DNA of 62,545 nucleotides, filler included, from Choristocarpus tenellus KU-1152 (GCA_964200185.2; 12 parts of 12 records of this genome joined end to end with filler, not necessarily neighbours in it), one strand, 5' to 3'; shown: positions 1-13,959, counted from the whole stretch's first letter. Notes: a model not told the origin generated them from the letters alone. A program made the numbers and translations.

Positions 1-1374
1 TTTCCTGTGGTGTTCCTTGAGCAATGGCCAGAATTTTTCGGGGGGTATGGGGCCCGTTTGCCCGTCGGTCGGCAACCCCCCCCCCCCCCCCCCCTCTACA
101 CACCTGCACCTGCCCTTGGTGAGGCTGGGGCAGGTCACCCCTTTAAGGCCCTGTCTTTGTACACATACCCTTGCAATGCCAGCGGTTTAGTATTGTCTTT
201 GTGATTATTATTATTATTGGTTTTTGCATCCTATGATGTAGAGTTGATTGCTCTGAATGTCCTGCTTACATGTGGTGCATCGATCGTTGATTGCCAGATA
301 ATGCGCAGATGCTCTTGTACATTGGCAGCTACTACTGGTTGATGTTTCACTGAATTGGGCACCTCCATGACTTCGTGTGCAGAAGTTGTAGCAACAGAAG
401 TTTTGTTGGGTACTGGTGACTTGGTGGCGAAGTTTTCGTTGTTGTATTCATTCTATAATATGGTCCGATGAAGCAAGCTCTTCTCTTGTTGAATTTTTAT
501 TTGCAAATAATTATTTTTTCATTTTATGGGAGTATGGATTTTGAATGGACAAACGGCAACAGATTGCCCCCCATGCGTTTCATTATCAACAAGAGATGTC
601 TCGTCAACAACAAGAGGTATCTACTGCTTGATAGGTGCATGCACTTGTGAGAAGTTAACCTTGATTTCCTACGATGGCAATGCTACCACTCGATCTCTAC
701 AGGCTGCTTGCACCTCTCCAAAGCTTTTCTTGCTATCCTTGACCGACTTGTTTAATCCCGGTTTGATGTGTACCAAGTAGGCAATGCACTTACTTAAATC
801 TCTAGTGGTGGGTGAAATTAATAACAAGGAATACATTTTTTTTGTTTTTTGGCCCAATGTGGATGATGTCTGCACAAAAGCTTGGTGTTCCACGTATTGT
901 CAAGGCGTGTCTGGAGAGGTGGTGAGTGCTGTTGAAGTCAGAAACGTGACGCTGCGGTTGACTACCGCAATTTACTAAACCACCCGAACTTTCTCATTAC
1001 TGAAAGGTTTTGCCCCGACACTCTGTTATTGTGGCTTATCTCAATGTTGGTTGGTGGCAAAGTTTTGATCCAACATTGCTTTGATTCTCGATAGGAATCT
1101 CGATGTTATTTTACATCTATTCGAGCAGATTGGCGAGAAATATCTCTAGTTTACTGAGAAGAGGTATATTCTTGAATTAGCGCCTGCGCTGTGGTGTATT
1201 TTGGGGTCATGTGACCTGCCTGAAAACTGTTTGCTTCTGTTCTTTTCTCCTGTATGGTCAGTGCATTTCTGTACGCGGTTTTGTGTTACCCATCAGTTGC
1301 AATGCTTTTCTTGAGGACTTCCTATTGGTCTGGTGGGTAGCACGACTGGGGTTCAGATCATGGCTGCAGGCTGG

Positions 1375-1545
1375 CCCATGGCCTAGACATGTTTGAACAG
1401 TTGACAACTATGGACCGGCTCTGTGAGAATATATTGGTACCAGGCCTACCCATGACCTAGACATGTTGGAACAGTTGACAACTATGGACTGGCTCTGTGA
1501 GAATATATTGGTACCAGGCCTACCCATGGCCTAGACATATTGAAA
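1375..1545. repeat. 74-bp tandem repeat, about 2.3 near-identical units, followed by diverged units to about 1770
   Basis: CCCATG(G/A)CCTAGACAT starts at 1375, 1449 and 1523 (period 74). Confidence 0.9.
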
Positions 1546-3599
1546 GGGTTAATGACCATAGACTGAACCTGGTAAAACATGTTGTTACTGGGACAATTGT
1601 AACCTGCACATGTTGGAACATTTGGCAGCTACAGACCAGTCCTGGTAGAATGTATTGATACCGGGCCAGCCCCCCGATGACCATCCTTGAAATAGTTGAT
1701 GACTGTAGACAAGAAAAATATTATGTATCAGTCCGACCAGGTGAAAATGAGTTGGGCTGGTCCAGTCCAAAAATGTTCCTATTTTCCTTTGTTACTTGTG
1801 GGAATATGTGTTTTTTTATATATCCCTTCAGCCACCCTGTTGTCTATAATTTGATATATATTTTTTTCCTAAGGTTAAGACAGTGTCATCCTTACTGTCT
1901 ATGTTTTAACTTGGCTGCAGGGCAGCGTGTAGTCTAGTCAGATTACACTTTCCAATGGCCCTTGCCCCGACATGTCTGAAAATATTGGAAACCCATTGAG
2001 TCCGCGGACTAGAGAAGTTCAAATACTTCCTGGGCCTGGTCCGAACATGTTAATGATTAGTGGAACCGGTCTGTACTGCAGTCTAGCCCCTTTGCATTTA
2101 CCTGGCCCAATGAAAAGCCCTCTGCTGCTATGCATGTGCTCCTCGACACTTACTGTAGTGTACAATTATACTGCATGTGGATACGCCTCTTTTTCCCCAG
2201 GTGCAATGCGTGTGTTCGAGATGCAGCTGATGCCCGCCCTGCTGTTCAAGATGGGAGTGGAGAAGTATGCCACTCAGGGCAATTCGGGCGCAAAGGTGCC
2301 ACAGGAAGGGGAAGGGTCTTGTAAACTGCCAGAAGGCGAAAGTATAGGGGATCTTGTGGTCAAAGGGGTGTCCAGTACCTCTCTGAAAGCAGTTGTTTCG
2401 ACTACATGTGACAGCTTTTGCTCGAGGGATGCACAACCACAGGGAGATTGTGGGCAGAGTGAAGAAGGCGATGGGGTGGAGGAGGAGGGGGTGGTTGAGG
2501 AAGAGGACAAAGCAAGGGTCCCTGCCCCGAGTGCAGCACAACACGAGGAGATGAGAGTAAAAGGGATGGACTGGGGTGTGGTTGGTGTGTGGTCTTGTCC
2601 CCTGAGCTGCAACAAGAGCTTCGAAGAGTGTGTCATTGTGCAACCGCCTGAGTGAACGTTGAATATCAATTTTTTTTTAAAGTGATGAGTGGAGACGGCG
2701 TGGAAGATAGAGGAGGTCGCATTCGGGGAACACCTTTGCTGCTGTGGTATTTTAATTGCGATTGGTTAGCATGATGTGTTGCGACAGGCAGGAAGCAGTG
2801 ATGGTCTCATGATTATTTTAATGAGGACTGTCCGTGCAAGGAACATTAGGTGATGTCCTCTGTTACTGATCACCTTTTCTCGCCCTCGTACCGTCAACTG
2901 CCTTAGGAGGAAGAAATAATAGTAGTATCGCGGCAGGGTAGACATGGTGAGAATATCATTGTTGAAAACTGCCTAGGACTCATGGAGTGATATAGAGGAA
3001 ATTCCAGTTTGTGGAGTGCACGGTGTCCTTGGAGCTTAGCTGTGAAATGGATTGTGTCACCTGCATTTGTGTTGTGGGTTTGGGTCCCCTTGATGCCAAA
3101 CTCCTTTTGGCGAAAATCTGGTTTTAGTGATACTACAACGTCAAATTGGTAAGCACTACAGATTGTACACAAGCAGTACTATCCTATCTGTCGCCCTACC
3201 ACAAAAATGTCGAACCAAGAATGAGTTGGCAAGATTTGGTTGCCGAGCAATGCTGAGGCAGATCCATCAAAAGATTTGAGAGAGGAGGCAAAGAGACAAG
3301 CGATGGGATAGTTGAACCCAATGTGCAAGAAGCAAGGTATGAACTGAGGCAGTGCAATCCGTTGTAGTGCAAGCATTGCTTACAGTAGTGGGTGACATGG
3401 GAAGTAGTGCAGTGTGTAGTGCCTATGACCATGTGTCGGGGTATTCCCTAATTTGAAGTGAGCAATAGGATTGTATTAGCTGCAAACTGGATGGTCCAAG
3501 TTGAACAGTTACGCTTCTCCCACATCATCGTATTACGTGGCAGACTGGGAAAAGTGGATGAGTTGTACGCGGAGAGGACAGCTTTGTTCAGACCAGTGC

Positions 3600-3770
3600 G
3601 GCTCAAAGTATCTGGGGGGGGTTGGGGGTCTACGCCAGGCTGTCCATTCAGGCCCTGACCAGGAGAAGTGCGCTTTCATTATCCATCCGATGCATGCAAC
3701 CAAATCACACAAAAATCGCGACTTGGAAAAATGGGCTGCGAATGGAAAGCCGTCCCAGATACTTCGAGTC
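3600..3770 (+). mobile_element. MITE family B, full copy with 3-bp TSD TGC
   Basis: TGC|GGCTCAAAGTATCTGGG ... CCCAGATACTTCGAGTC|TGC; 171 bp. Confidence 0.92.
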
Positions 3771-4676
3771 TGCCAGTATGCTGTCGTTACACTCCTCACG
3801 TAATAGAATGGTTGGGTACAGTGATTGCCATTATCGCCTAGAGTACAAAAAGCATACAGAATGATGAGATTTTGGATGGATAGTGAACATGTGATGTCAT
3901 GGTTGTGGAGTATGGGGAACGGGATGGGAGGAACATTTTGCACTAACGGGTTGACTGGTTTTGTCCTCCTGCAACTTCCCTGACCCTTGATCTTGGCACG
4001 GTCCAAACACCTGTTGGAGGGCGGCAGGCATACTCACACCACTAGCAACATTGAGGCCACCATGGGGAAGCCCCACACAAAACATAGCTGCGGTAGAGTC
4101 TGTGAGGTGATGACAACAGCAACGACAAAAAGAGAACAGTTTCAGGGAGGAGACAACGTTCCATTGGACTGTTTGCACTTGGTGCATATGATGTCCTTAT
4201 GTCCAATCTGCCCTCATCTAAGTTGCTGTAATCTGATATGAATTAGAATCGATCACCATGAGTCTGGAGTGCCACAGTATTTACCCCAACCTCAGATGGG
4301 GTTGCAACCTAGTTCGCATCTCACACAGGTTGTGTGAAATGTCCCCTGTGACGATGAGGTTATTTCTTCTGTAAACCCCACATGAATAGGAAGGAGCCTT
4401 TGATCATTACGATGATAAAATCATTTCACATGCTCAAGTGTAAAAATCATGTACCAACCCTATGGATATCGTTTTGCGTCAGAGCGGAGAGTGACTGTGA
4501 CCATGGTATTATAATATTGCCGTGTCGTTAGAGTAATTACGACTACAGCTTTACTGGAAAAGTCAAAGACGCATGACCCACTTAAATATTACAAAAATAA
4601 AGTACTTTTTTTAATTCCTAAAAAATACACACAACAAAGCAGTTGCCTACCAGGACAAAGGTTGTTTATCCAATCA

Positions 4677-4935
4677 GAGCCAAAGTATCTTAGAGGGTAG
4701 GGTCGCGTCCAATTGGGGGGCAAAATCCGATGTTGCGATTTTGATATAATTTTGGTTATCGTGTTTGTTAGGAAGTGTCAATATCCTTGTTCCGGATACA
4801 CCTTTTCATAACGTATATATTTTACCTACTCCGAACATTTTGGAGGAGGACATGTCATTAAAAAAACCCACAGGAAGCCAGGTCCCAAACGGACAAACAT
4901 GGGGAAAACTCGTACCCTCTAAGATAATTTCACTC
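4677..4935 (+). mobile_element. MITE family A, full copy
   Basis: TIRs GAGCCAAAGTATCTTAGAGGGTA ... TACCCTCTAAGATAATTTCACTC; 259 bp, non-coding, homologous to six other near-full copies; TSD not clean. Confidence 0.9.
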
Positions 4936-5134
4936 TGACAGTGCTTGGGATGAAGTATACTTAATATGGGATACATATACGGTTGTAATTTGGTGGGTAC
5001 TCTTGCGATTCAGTAAAAGAAACCCTGAGACAGCGCAAACACTGTACTACCTGTCACAATTGTAGATGGTCATGCACTCTTTGGTGAACTATGCCCTGAA
5101 AACCAATACACTGGTTTATGTTCTCTTGGTTCAC

Positions 5135-5383
5135 CTCTGTGACCAACGATCTGATTCCAGGGTTGACGTAGTGAAATTCTCCGTACTTTTACATAGCGAA
5201 CAGTTCACCTTTACTGCTACTGTGGTTGTTTGGTAGTGGAAGTACAGTATAGTACGGCTACTAGCTCCATCTCTCATTTCCTTCGAGCAGGGGATGCAGG
5301 TGCTGTCTTGCGACCCAGAAGGCTGCAAAATGGGCGATGGCTTGACATTGATAGGGGTTATCAATATGTGATAACCAGACCAT
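5135..5383 (-). CDS. Candidate internal exon of an unknown gene
   Basis: Pyrimidine-rich tract then CACAAG acceptor, a 249-nt open phase-2/2 exon (WSGYHILITPINVKP...ESDRWSQR) and a GTGAAC donor; no recognisable domain. Confidence 0.4.
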
Positions 5384-5535
5384 CTTGTGGGTGAACCAGG
5401 ATGTTGAGTGAGGAGAGAGGGGGAGGAATAGGGAGGTAAAAACAATACTCCCCCCCCCCCCCCCATGGGGGAGGGTAACTGAAGACCTTTTATTTACTCT
5501 TCCCAGCTAGAAATTGATGTTTTCTGTATGAAAAG

Positions 5536-5635
5536 NNNNNNNNNNNNNNNNNNNNNNNNNNNNNNNNNNNNNNNNNNNNTTAATTAATTAANNNNNNNNN
5601 NNNNNNNNNNNNNNNNNNNNNNNNNNNNNNNNNNN
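5536..5635. other. Artificial contig spacer (first of 11)
   Basis: N44-TTAATTAATTAA-N44 with stops in all six frames. Also at 10815, 13758, 16642, 22877, 26292, 40045, 43185, 48563, 55679 and 59589 (each 100 nt). Confidence 0.97.
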
Positions 5636-6444
5636 AAGGGGCACCTGTAACAGTTGTAAATTAATTGTTGATTATTGTTTCTTCCTTAGTTGTCATTGAC
5701 CCCCCATAATGCACCAAGCTCACACTGCAATAAGTGTACCTGATGCACACCTGGATATTATATATTCAGAGTTATACCATCCACGAAAACCCTTGTCTGC
5801 CAAGGAAACAAGGCTCTCCACTGAGCGTAGACTTCTTTCGTTGAGTATCTCATGAAAGAACATTGAATTCACATCACATCATTCTTGACCGAGAGATCAA
5901 TGACCACAGTTACAACAGAATAAATACATCGGTGCTTTGCAGCATAAACACATCTCTTCACAAAAGACTACGCATTTTACTCATCAGTGCTTTGCAGCAC
6001 TATGATTCGGTGAAGGGGAATCATGTGAGGCTCATAACCTGTTGAAACTGATTTCGTATGAGTTGTGTGTTATTGGGATGTGTCTGGTTTGTGACGAAGG
6101 AGGTCATAGCGCAACAAAGCACTGATGAATTTGTTCTGGTAGGTCTGATGACACGTTGTATTTAATCAGACAGTCTTCGATGTGAAGGTATGTTTGATTG
6201 TGCTGTAATTAGCACGGTTAGAGGCAGGTGTGCGTCATAGTGCGACAAGACACCTGCAAATACGGTTTTATGTGTCTGAAGGGATGTCTTACTCAATCAG
6301 ACTTTGGTTGAAGTGAGATGGGTACTGGTATGTCTGTGGCATATATTACTCAAGCAGACGGTGATTGACCGAAACTGTGTGGTCATTCATTGAGACATTC
6401 AAATAAAGAAATTCATCCTCTACGAAGGGGGTTGTCACCTTGGC

Positions 6445-7392
6445 AGAGAAGGGTTTTGAAGGATGATTTTAACTCTGTTTATGTTCCATCCCGGTGTGTG
6501 TGTTGCAGAGTGATGGATGACTTACGATGGGACAATGCCAGTCAAGTAAAAATAATAATCAATACATGCTATGCAACTGATAACTTGCATCATGGAGATG
6601 AAGAAGTAAAAACAAAGAAGAAACAAGAAGACAAGCTTGAATCCATATCAAACATAACTAATATCCCTCACAGTATGTGTGTATGGTGGGCAGCGACTGT
6701 TCCTATGCTTTCTATCCACTGCGACGTACTTACAGTGGTTGAGTAAAGTGTGATGATGAACTAATGATGGGAATGGGAATAGCGACCAGTACAGTAGACG
6801 AATCAGCATCCAGTGTAAGCTGACGATGTTGTATCGTATCAAAACAATCGAATGAGTAGCCTATGTTTTATTATATTCCTCACAGCACGTAGACTACGCA
6901 TTTTGCTCAGAAGTACGATGCATTTGATTCAGGTTTTAACAGTTAACTTAGCTGGTAAGGATTTTGAAGGATGGTTTCAACTCAGATTATATTGCATCCT
7001 GGCATGTGTCTGGTACGTATTGCAGAGTGAGTAGGATGTCTTACGAGTGGGTAATGCCAGTCAAGTAAAAAATGATAATCAACACATGCTATGCGACTGA
7101 TAACTTGTGTGGAAAAAGTAGGAGAAGTAAAACGAGGAAGAAACAAGAAGGCAAGCTCGAATCCATATCTAAGGTAACTAATGTGGCACATGGTATGCCT
7201 GTATGTGTGATAGGTAGCGACTGTTCCTATGCTTTCTATATACTGTGATGTTCTGATAGTGGTTGAGTAGGTTGTGATGAGCAAATGATGTAAACGGGAA
7301 TAGGGACCATTGCAATGGACAAATCAACGTTCAGTATGGACTGACAATACTGTATCGTATAAAGGCAAATCGAATGACTAGTCTATGTTTTA
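6445..7392. repeat. Old direct duplication, period about 520 bp
   Basis: AATGCCAGTCAAGTAAAAA..ATCAA.ACATGCTATGC.ACTGATAACTTG and CGAATGA.TAG.CTATGTTTTA occur in both about 6535-6870 and about 7054-7392. Confidence 0.8.
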
Positions 7393-8490
7393 ACACCCCT
7401 CTCCCTACAGTTTAAGTATCTCCCTCCGAAAGTGCATGGACTGCCATACAAACGTAGCCCGTGCTTATCGCATTTTACACGAGTCCTAGCCGTGATGACA
7501 AGAGACCCAGCCGTGTCGTAACTGGCACGAGGCCCAGCTGTGCTATGACCACTACCCCGATTGTCCCATTTGACACGAGATCCGGTCGTGTCGACATGAA
7601 GTCCAGCTGTGTCGAGACCCAGCCACACTATTACTTGCACAAGACCCGACTGTGCCATGACCACTACTCCAATCGTTCAAACTAGTCTTTGCGATGATAG
7701 AGCTCTCGGCTTCCTCAGTGTTCCCCACTTCCCCTGCAGATACAAATATCTGGACTGAATTACCTTTTGGATCGTTGCCTGCGCCTATCTTCTCTTCCAT
7801 GATGTTGTAGATAGTGCTTAGTTGTTATACAGTCATCATCTAACCAGTCCAGCATGGTAATTTGTAGTATCGATTCGGTCATCGGATTATTTTTCACTGC
7901 CAGGTGGTCAACCCAATCCACCATGGTGGTGAAGTGGTGAAGGTCACCTGGGAGTCTGAATCCCGTGACATCTGGACCGTCAATATCAATTTCTGGAGCC
8001 TAGTAATTTCCTCATCTGATCTTAATAGGAAATGTTCCCTCAGATTTTTCTATACTTGTGCATGGGACGCTGTATTGCAGAATGTCAAAACCTTATTTGC
8101 CTTGACAGCATCTTGTTCACTCCCCACTTCCCCCTTGATGGAGTTGACTTCGCCAGCATAAACAGGGTCCACCCTATCCTCCAAAAGTCAATTTTGCCGT
8201 TCAAGCCCAGGAAGGCACCCATTGAACTAGCAGGATAGCTGCATCTGTCAATTGGAGGAGTTTGGTCCGGTATCCCTCTGAGGCCATGAGTTCGGACTAC
8301 TCGCCCAGCCGATCCCGTCCTAGATACGCCTTTCTAGTTGGAATATTTTGTAACACTTGAGGGTGTTGGAAACCTTCAGTATAAAGGCTCGTCATTGATA
8401 ATTGCTGCGAGTTTTATGGGTAGAACATACACTACATACTGAATACATCTGAAAGTACCGTGTAGCTGTGTAACATATCCCTTACACAAC

Positions 8491-8747
8491 GAGTAAAAGT
8501 ATCTTAGAGGGTACGAGTTTTTCCCTGTTTGTCCATTTAGGGCTTGGCTTCCCACGAGTTTAATGACATTTTACCTACTCCAAAATGTTTCGGAGTTGGT
8601 AAAATGTTTGCGTTATGAAAATAAGTGTCCGGAACACGGATATTGACATCTCCAAACATACATGATAGTCAAAATTACATCAAAATTGCAACATTGGATT
8701 TTGGTCGCCAAATGGACACGGCACTACCCTCTAAGATAATTTGACTC
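8491..8747 (-). mobile_element. MITE family A, full copy with 4-bp TSD CAAC
   Basis: CAAC|GAGTAAAAGTATCTTAGAGGG ... CCCTCTAAGATAATTTGACTC|CAAC. Confidence 0.92.
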
Positions 8748-9439
8748 CAACCTCTCTCTCCGTATGCTATGTATGCAACTAATTAAACAAGAAAGTATTC
8801 CTTCTATGGTAGACCCTCAAATACACAACTGGACAAGCGTACTCTAAGCTCTATTTCCCTTCCCCTCATGTTGGAACATTAGACCAATGTCAATGGAAGA
8901 CAACTGCATGACGGATATTTTTGCGTTTGTAATTTATATGGAGGTTCCAGCCTCGACAAGGCACGGGCAAATGATTCCTAAGGAACCTGGTCAAGAAAGA
9001 TATCAAAGATGATATCCCTGAAATCCAGCGAGATATGGCAAAAAGAGCTGTAGCTCTACCTGTAGCTGTCATCCTTTACAAAGTGACTACACGTGTCCAT
9101 TTATCATGCTTTCCTACACACACATAATACATAGCAAATTGCTCGACTTTTCCTCTCTATATATTCAGTAACAGTGATGGTAACAATGATAGTAATATCA
9201 CTTCACACTGTTACGTCTTTCCAGGCACATTGACCTGCAACCACCAAGGTGCGTGAATCCTTTTCAAATCCCCATTTCTTCCCAATACGGAGTCAAAATA
9301 GTTGAGAGGTATGCAACGTTGCATTTTAAGGATCTCGATAAATGGCAAAAAAGACAGGGTGCTATGGACAGGGTAGCAAAGATTGCTTAGAATGCAAAAG
9401 GGCCCAAACTTAATGGAATACTTGAAAAATATTCTTATC

Positions 9440-10814
9440 CTTCCTTTGCTATGAGTAAAATGTAACATACCTTTGCAACCCCCATGAAAATAGATATTTT
9501 TTCATATGATCATATTTCATGGGTGTCTTGTATAGACACTAATAGGTTACCCACCAAAATCTCAAGCAAAATGGCGCAGCCTAAACCAATCTATGATTCC
9601 ACCCCCGAAGCCCTCCAAAAGTTCATACCAGCAGTGTATTTTGCCATAACCACTGGGGCATTCGGGGGGAGCTTGTCAGCTTTCTCGGTGTTTTCCTTGC
9701 AGAGATGGAGGATTTTGAAGACGTTGTCATCCTTGGACCCCAGCACTTTACTGTAGACTGTGAAGGGAATCTGCCAGACTCACTTCTCCAGGGGCTACTC
9801 ATCCAACATTTCCGTGTGGTCTCCACCAGCTCCTTCATGTTGGTCACCCCCACGTCTTCCTTCGGTTGCTGCATGGAATGCAAGAATCCCAGGTCGTCGA
9901 AGTTGGGGTACGGTGAGTTGGCTAGCTGGGTCTTTGACAATATCTTCCCCCGCCACCTCCTTGATTGCCTCCATGATCCCCCCCTTGTGTGTGGCTTGGC
10001 CCCATCCTATGGCACGAAGATGGTGTGTCCTTCTGCCCTAGGCATGTGGGCCTTGATTGCCAGGACAACATCTTCAATCATGAGCTTCTTACACACCTTT
10101 TTCCACCCACCGTGGCCGTACAAGCACCTTGGTGCCCTTGGAGCGGTGTTTGCTGGACTGCTGAGCGACCTTAGTGTCCTCGATTGACCAGATCCTGGTC
10201 TTCCCATCAAACCACACCGCGTTGAAGAGGTTCCTGGAGCGGGCCACAACTGAAAGGAACATCTCCTTCGTAATGAAACACTTATTCTGTGCCCATGGGG
10301 ATTTGGGGGTGTCCTCGGTGAGGTGCAGGTACACATCTTGCCCATCTTTGAGGATATAAAAACACTTCTAGTCCACATGCACCCAGTCATATAGATCGTT
10401 CACTAATACCCAATTTCCCCCCCTCCTGTGCGTGTGGATGATACTGGAATCCACCCTGTTGACCTGTTGGTCTAAGCAGAGGACTGGCCTAATCCACTGG
10501 TTGACCTTTGAGTCAAAGTATCTTTAGAGGTTAGAGCCGCGCCCATTTGGGGGTCAAAATTCGATGTTGCGATTTTGATGTAATTTTGGCTATCGTGTTT
10601 GATAGGAAGTGTCAATATCCATGTTCTGGACACACTTTTTCATAACATATCCCCTTTCCTACTCCTAAGCATTTTGGAGTAGGAAAATGTCATTAAAGAA
10701 CCCATGAGAAGCCAAGTCCCAAATGGAACAAACAGGGCAAAACTCGTACCCTCTAAGATACTTTTACTCTTCTTCACTTTCTCAGGCTTGCACAGATTCC
10801 ACAACGAGGCAAGG
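9440..10814 (-). mobile_element. Tc1/mariner (plant-type/Stowaway-associated) transposase relic, interrupted by a MITE and cut by the contig end
   Basis: Frameshifted motifs WVHVD*KCFY, FITKEMFLSVVARSRN..WFDGKTRIW, QLANSPYPNFDDLGFL. The 3' flank is homologous to the 45611 copy, including a degenerate TIR at about 9440. Confidence 0.85.
10510..10769 (+). mobile_element. MITE family A inserted in mariner relic
   Basis: GAGTCAAAGTATCT ... CCCTCTAAGATACTTTTACTC; transposase-like sequence continues on both sides. Confidence 0.9.
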
Positions 10815-13800
10815 NNNNNNNNNNNNNNNNNNNNNNNNNNNNNNNNNNNNNNNNNNNNTTAATTAATTAANNNNNNNNNNNNNNNNNNNNNNNNNNNNNN
10901 NNNNNNNNNNNNNNGGGAAACCAATGATAACGACATATATATAGTTTTGATTGGTTTCCCCCCTGACACATCTGCAAAATGTCAGAGGGCATAATAATAA
11001 AAAATAAAGCGAAAGCGAGATATCGACTGAGCTAAACATAAAGCTGACACCGTACGTGGTTATCATCTATCTGTGGACTCCCCTTGTATCGTCGTTTTAA
11101 GGTCGTTGGATTTGAGTTGTACATCCTGGCGAGGTGAGCATTGAGGGGCCCCTGTAACACTGGCACCACCACCACCACCACCACTGTCTGCTGAATGCTG
11201 TTTTCTCATCGGATTTTTTTCGTTATTGTTTTCTTGTATCTGTTGGTCGTTTTTCTTCCTTTCTTCCCCTTCCGTTAATTTTGGGGTGGAATGATGATGT
11301 TTTTCTCCTGTTGGCTCTATTGCTCCTTTTCCTTTCTTCTCTCCCCTCCTTTTTCGTTTCCTCCACTGATTTTTTTTTGTTTCTACTATGGTCGTTCCTC
11401 CTACCTTTTCTTTAAGCTGTGTATGTTCTCTTCTGACTACCTTTTCGACCATGGGTGTGGGATCCCTCACACCAACGTGATCTTGATAATAAGAATCAGT
11501 AATATATATTCATAGCATTGGTCTAAGTTTCAACTTTGAGTCTTCATTTTTTACATTTTTCGGGTTTATTGGAGTTATTCTTGCGATCCTGATGACAACC
11601 TGTTAGTACGTCTTCGCACCAGTTTGGGGATTATCCCAACCAATTGTCAGAGGCACTGCTACAACGTACACACTGCACTATTATCATTTCTCTTACTTCT
11701 TCGGCAAAACTTTAATATAGACAAACTTGGTACTGAACTACCACTGAATTGTACTACCTCGCTCCTGATGATGAAGTACATGGATCTGGGTTTGGTTCCA
11801 CTACTGAACTATTGTCTACCTCCTATGCTCTGTGCTCCTCCTTCACTTTGTGTAGAACTTACAGCTCCATCTGCCTACAATGTCTTCATCATCCTCATTT
11901 TGTGTAGTCCCGTAAGGATTTGGTTATGGGGTCCAGATAAGTAGCCAGGACCTGCTTCCACTTAAACCCTCTGGGCTGCCTTTTCTCACCCTTAGAGTAC
12001 TAGACAATAACATCATACTTACTTGCGCACTGGCATACAGAATGTTTCGCTTCTACCTGTTCAGGGGTGGTAGGTTTGAAGGCGTTGCAGGCTTGTACTT
12101 GTTTTACCAGCTCCACTTATATATCATAGGTGATAATGGAGACACAATTGAGACGCTGTCACACATATGATGTGAAGGAAGAAGGAACGAGATGTATTGG
12201 TGATATATACTCTATCTATTTCAAAAGATATTGCGTTTGACAGGTGAAATGTGACTTCTACACTTCTTTCCTTCTAGAAGCGCTTCCAATTTCTGTTTTA
12301 CTCTAGAGAACATTCCTGTTTCAATTGCTTGCCTCGCATTCAAATATTAACATATACTAAGTGTGGTTGACGTTCAATCATGTCTGCTGAAAAACGATGG
12401 TAGGTTTGAGGAACAAGTAGCGGTCCACCATGGAATTACTAGATAATACGATCACCAACAGGCGGGTACATACATCCTGTGATACTTTCTTCAGCTCAAT
12501 CCTTGACATCCTGCACATCTCCTCGAAACGCTCCTTGCTCTGCTAGACTTTCAATAGGGGCCAACAGCAGCTTGAGCTGATTACATGGCACCTTTTACCC
12601 CTTCTCCACTGAACACTATGACAGTCACATACTCCAACACGACAGATCTATGCACTGGTGGGTCGTGATATGGTGGTCTTCCTCCACCAGCAACTACCCA
12701 ACTTGACATTGATTATTCAATGTCTGCCTTCAAAAAAGATTCTGTGTCTAAACCTGACCCTTCATCTATCTTATCATCATTCAGAACTGGAATGGTATAT
12801 CCTGCAGATGGGTCAACATCATACTCGTGTAGGTATCCACCCTCATTATGTACCTGGACTTATCGTGCTTATTATGCAGTTTTAGATGTGTTTCTATGAT
12901 ACATTTGTGGTTTGTGTACGGGTTTGTTTCTCTCAAACTATTTCCAAGGAAGAAGATTAAAAATATTGGAACAATCGGTCCCAAGATTTTCGGTTTCGAT
13001 TAAACTGTGATTCAATTGAATCGGACCGATTCTTTCGCTAGGATTTATAACAGCAGTATATTCAGTGCTTTTCATCGGGCGTGTCAGTTAGCATGTCCAC
13101 TATCGACCATATGCCCGACACTGGGGGCTGGTGCGTGGCCTAGTCATGTTAAAACCGTCAATAGCCATGGACTTGATCGTGTTCGAATTTGGTTGTACAT
13201 GGGGGGTAAGTGGACCTGGTCATGTGAGTAAGCAATGGCAATGAACTCGAAAATGTTAGAACATTTTATCACATGGCTATGTCATGGTTATGCGTTGTAT
13301 GTTACATTTTACCATCTTCTTGAATATTGTATTATCATTTTATTATTATGCCCTCTGACATTTTCAAGATGTGTCAGGTGTGGAAAGCATGTTTGTCAGT
13401 TGTTATACCGTTATTGCCGTATGCCGTATACCCTATGCCATATACCGTTACACCGTTTTACCGATTGAGGTTTCCAGTCAAGCGTCCATGATTTCACGGA
13501 CAGACTTTCCGTCAGAATGAAACCATGGGATCTCTTCATATGACCAATCCCATAGACTTGGGACAGCTCGTCATTCAGAGTTGTCACACATGGAAGATCC
13601 ACTTTGTTCTCACATCTTGACTGATGGTGATGAAGCCCCATCTTTGATGATGCCCATCACTTCTCAATTTGCACTTGTCCAACCTTAACCTCGTGCCCTC
13701 TGTTACGGTTCGTCCTTGTTCGTCTGGTCCATCTTGCCCGGTGATTCTCTTCACCACNNNNNNNNNNNNNNNNNNNNNNNNNNNNNNNNNNNNNNNNNNN

Positions 13801-13959
13801 NTTAATTAATTAANNNNNNNNNNNNNNNNNNNNNNNNNNNNNNNNNNNNNNNNNNNNGTATGCCCAAAATCATCAAAGAGGATAAAGGTGATAAACCCGG
13901 CGAGATTGCTTGGTGTCTGTAGAGTATCAGCAGCACTATCTACGAACAGCCTACGTCAG

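Noticed and set aside
1375-1545. CRISPR-like array
   Set aside because: Units are contiguous near-identical 74-mers with no unique spacers, there are no cas genes, and the context is eukaryotic.
1972-2655. 227-aa ORF and overlapping antisense ORFs as a gene
   Set aside because: No recognisable motif or convincing splice structure, and it begins in repeat-derived sequence; cannot be supported.
3155-3425. Solo LTR (similar pieces at about 18945-19065 and 42527-42610)
   Set aside because: Dispersed similarity is visible, but TG...CA ends and a TSD could not be fixed, so it is not called as a feature.
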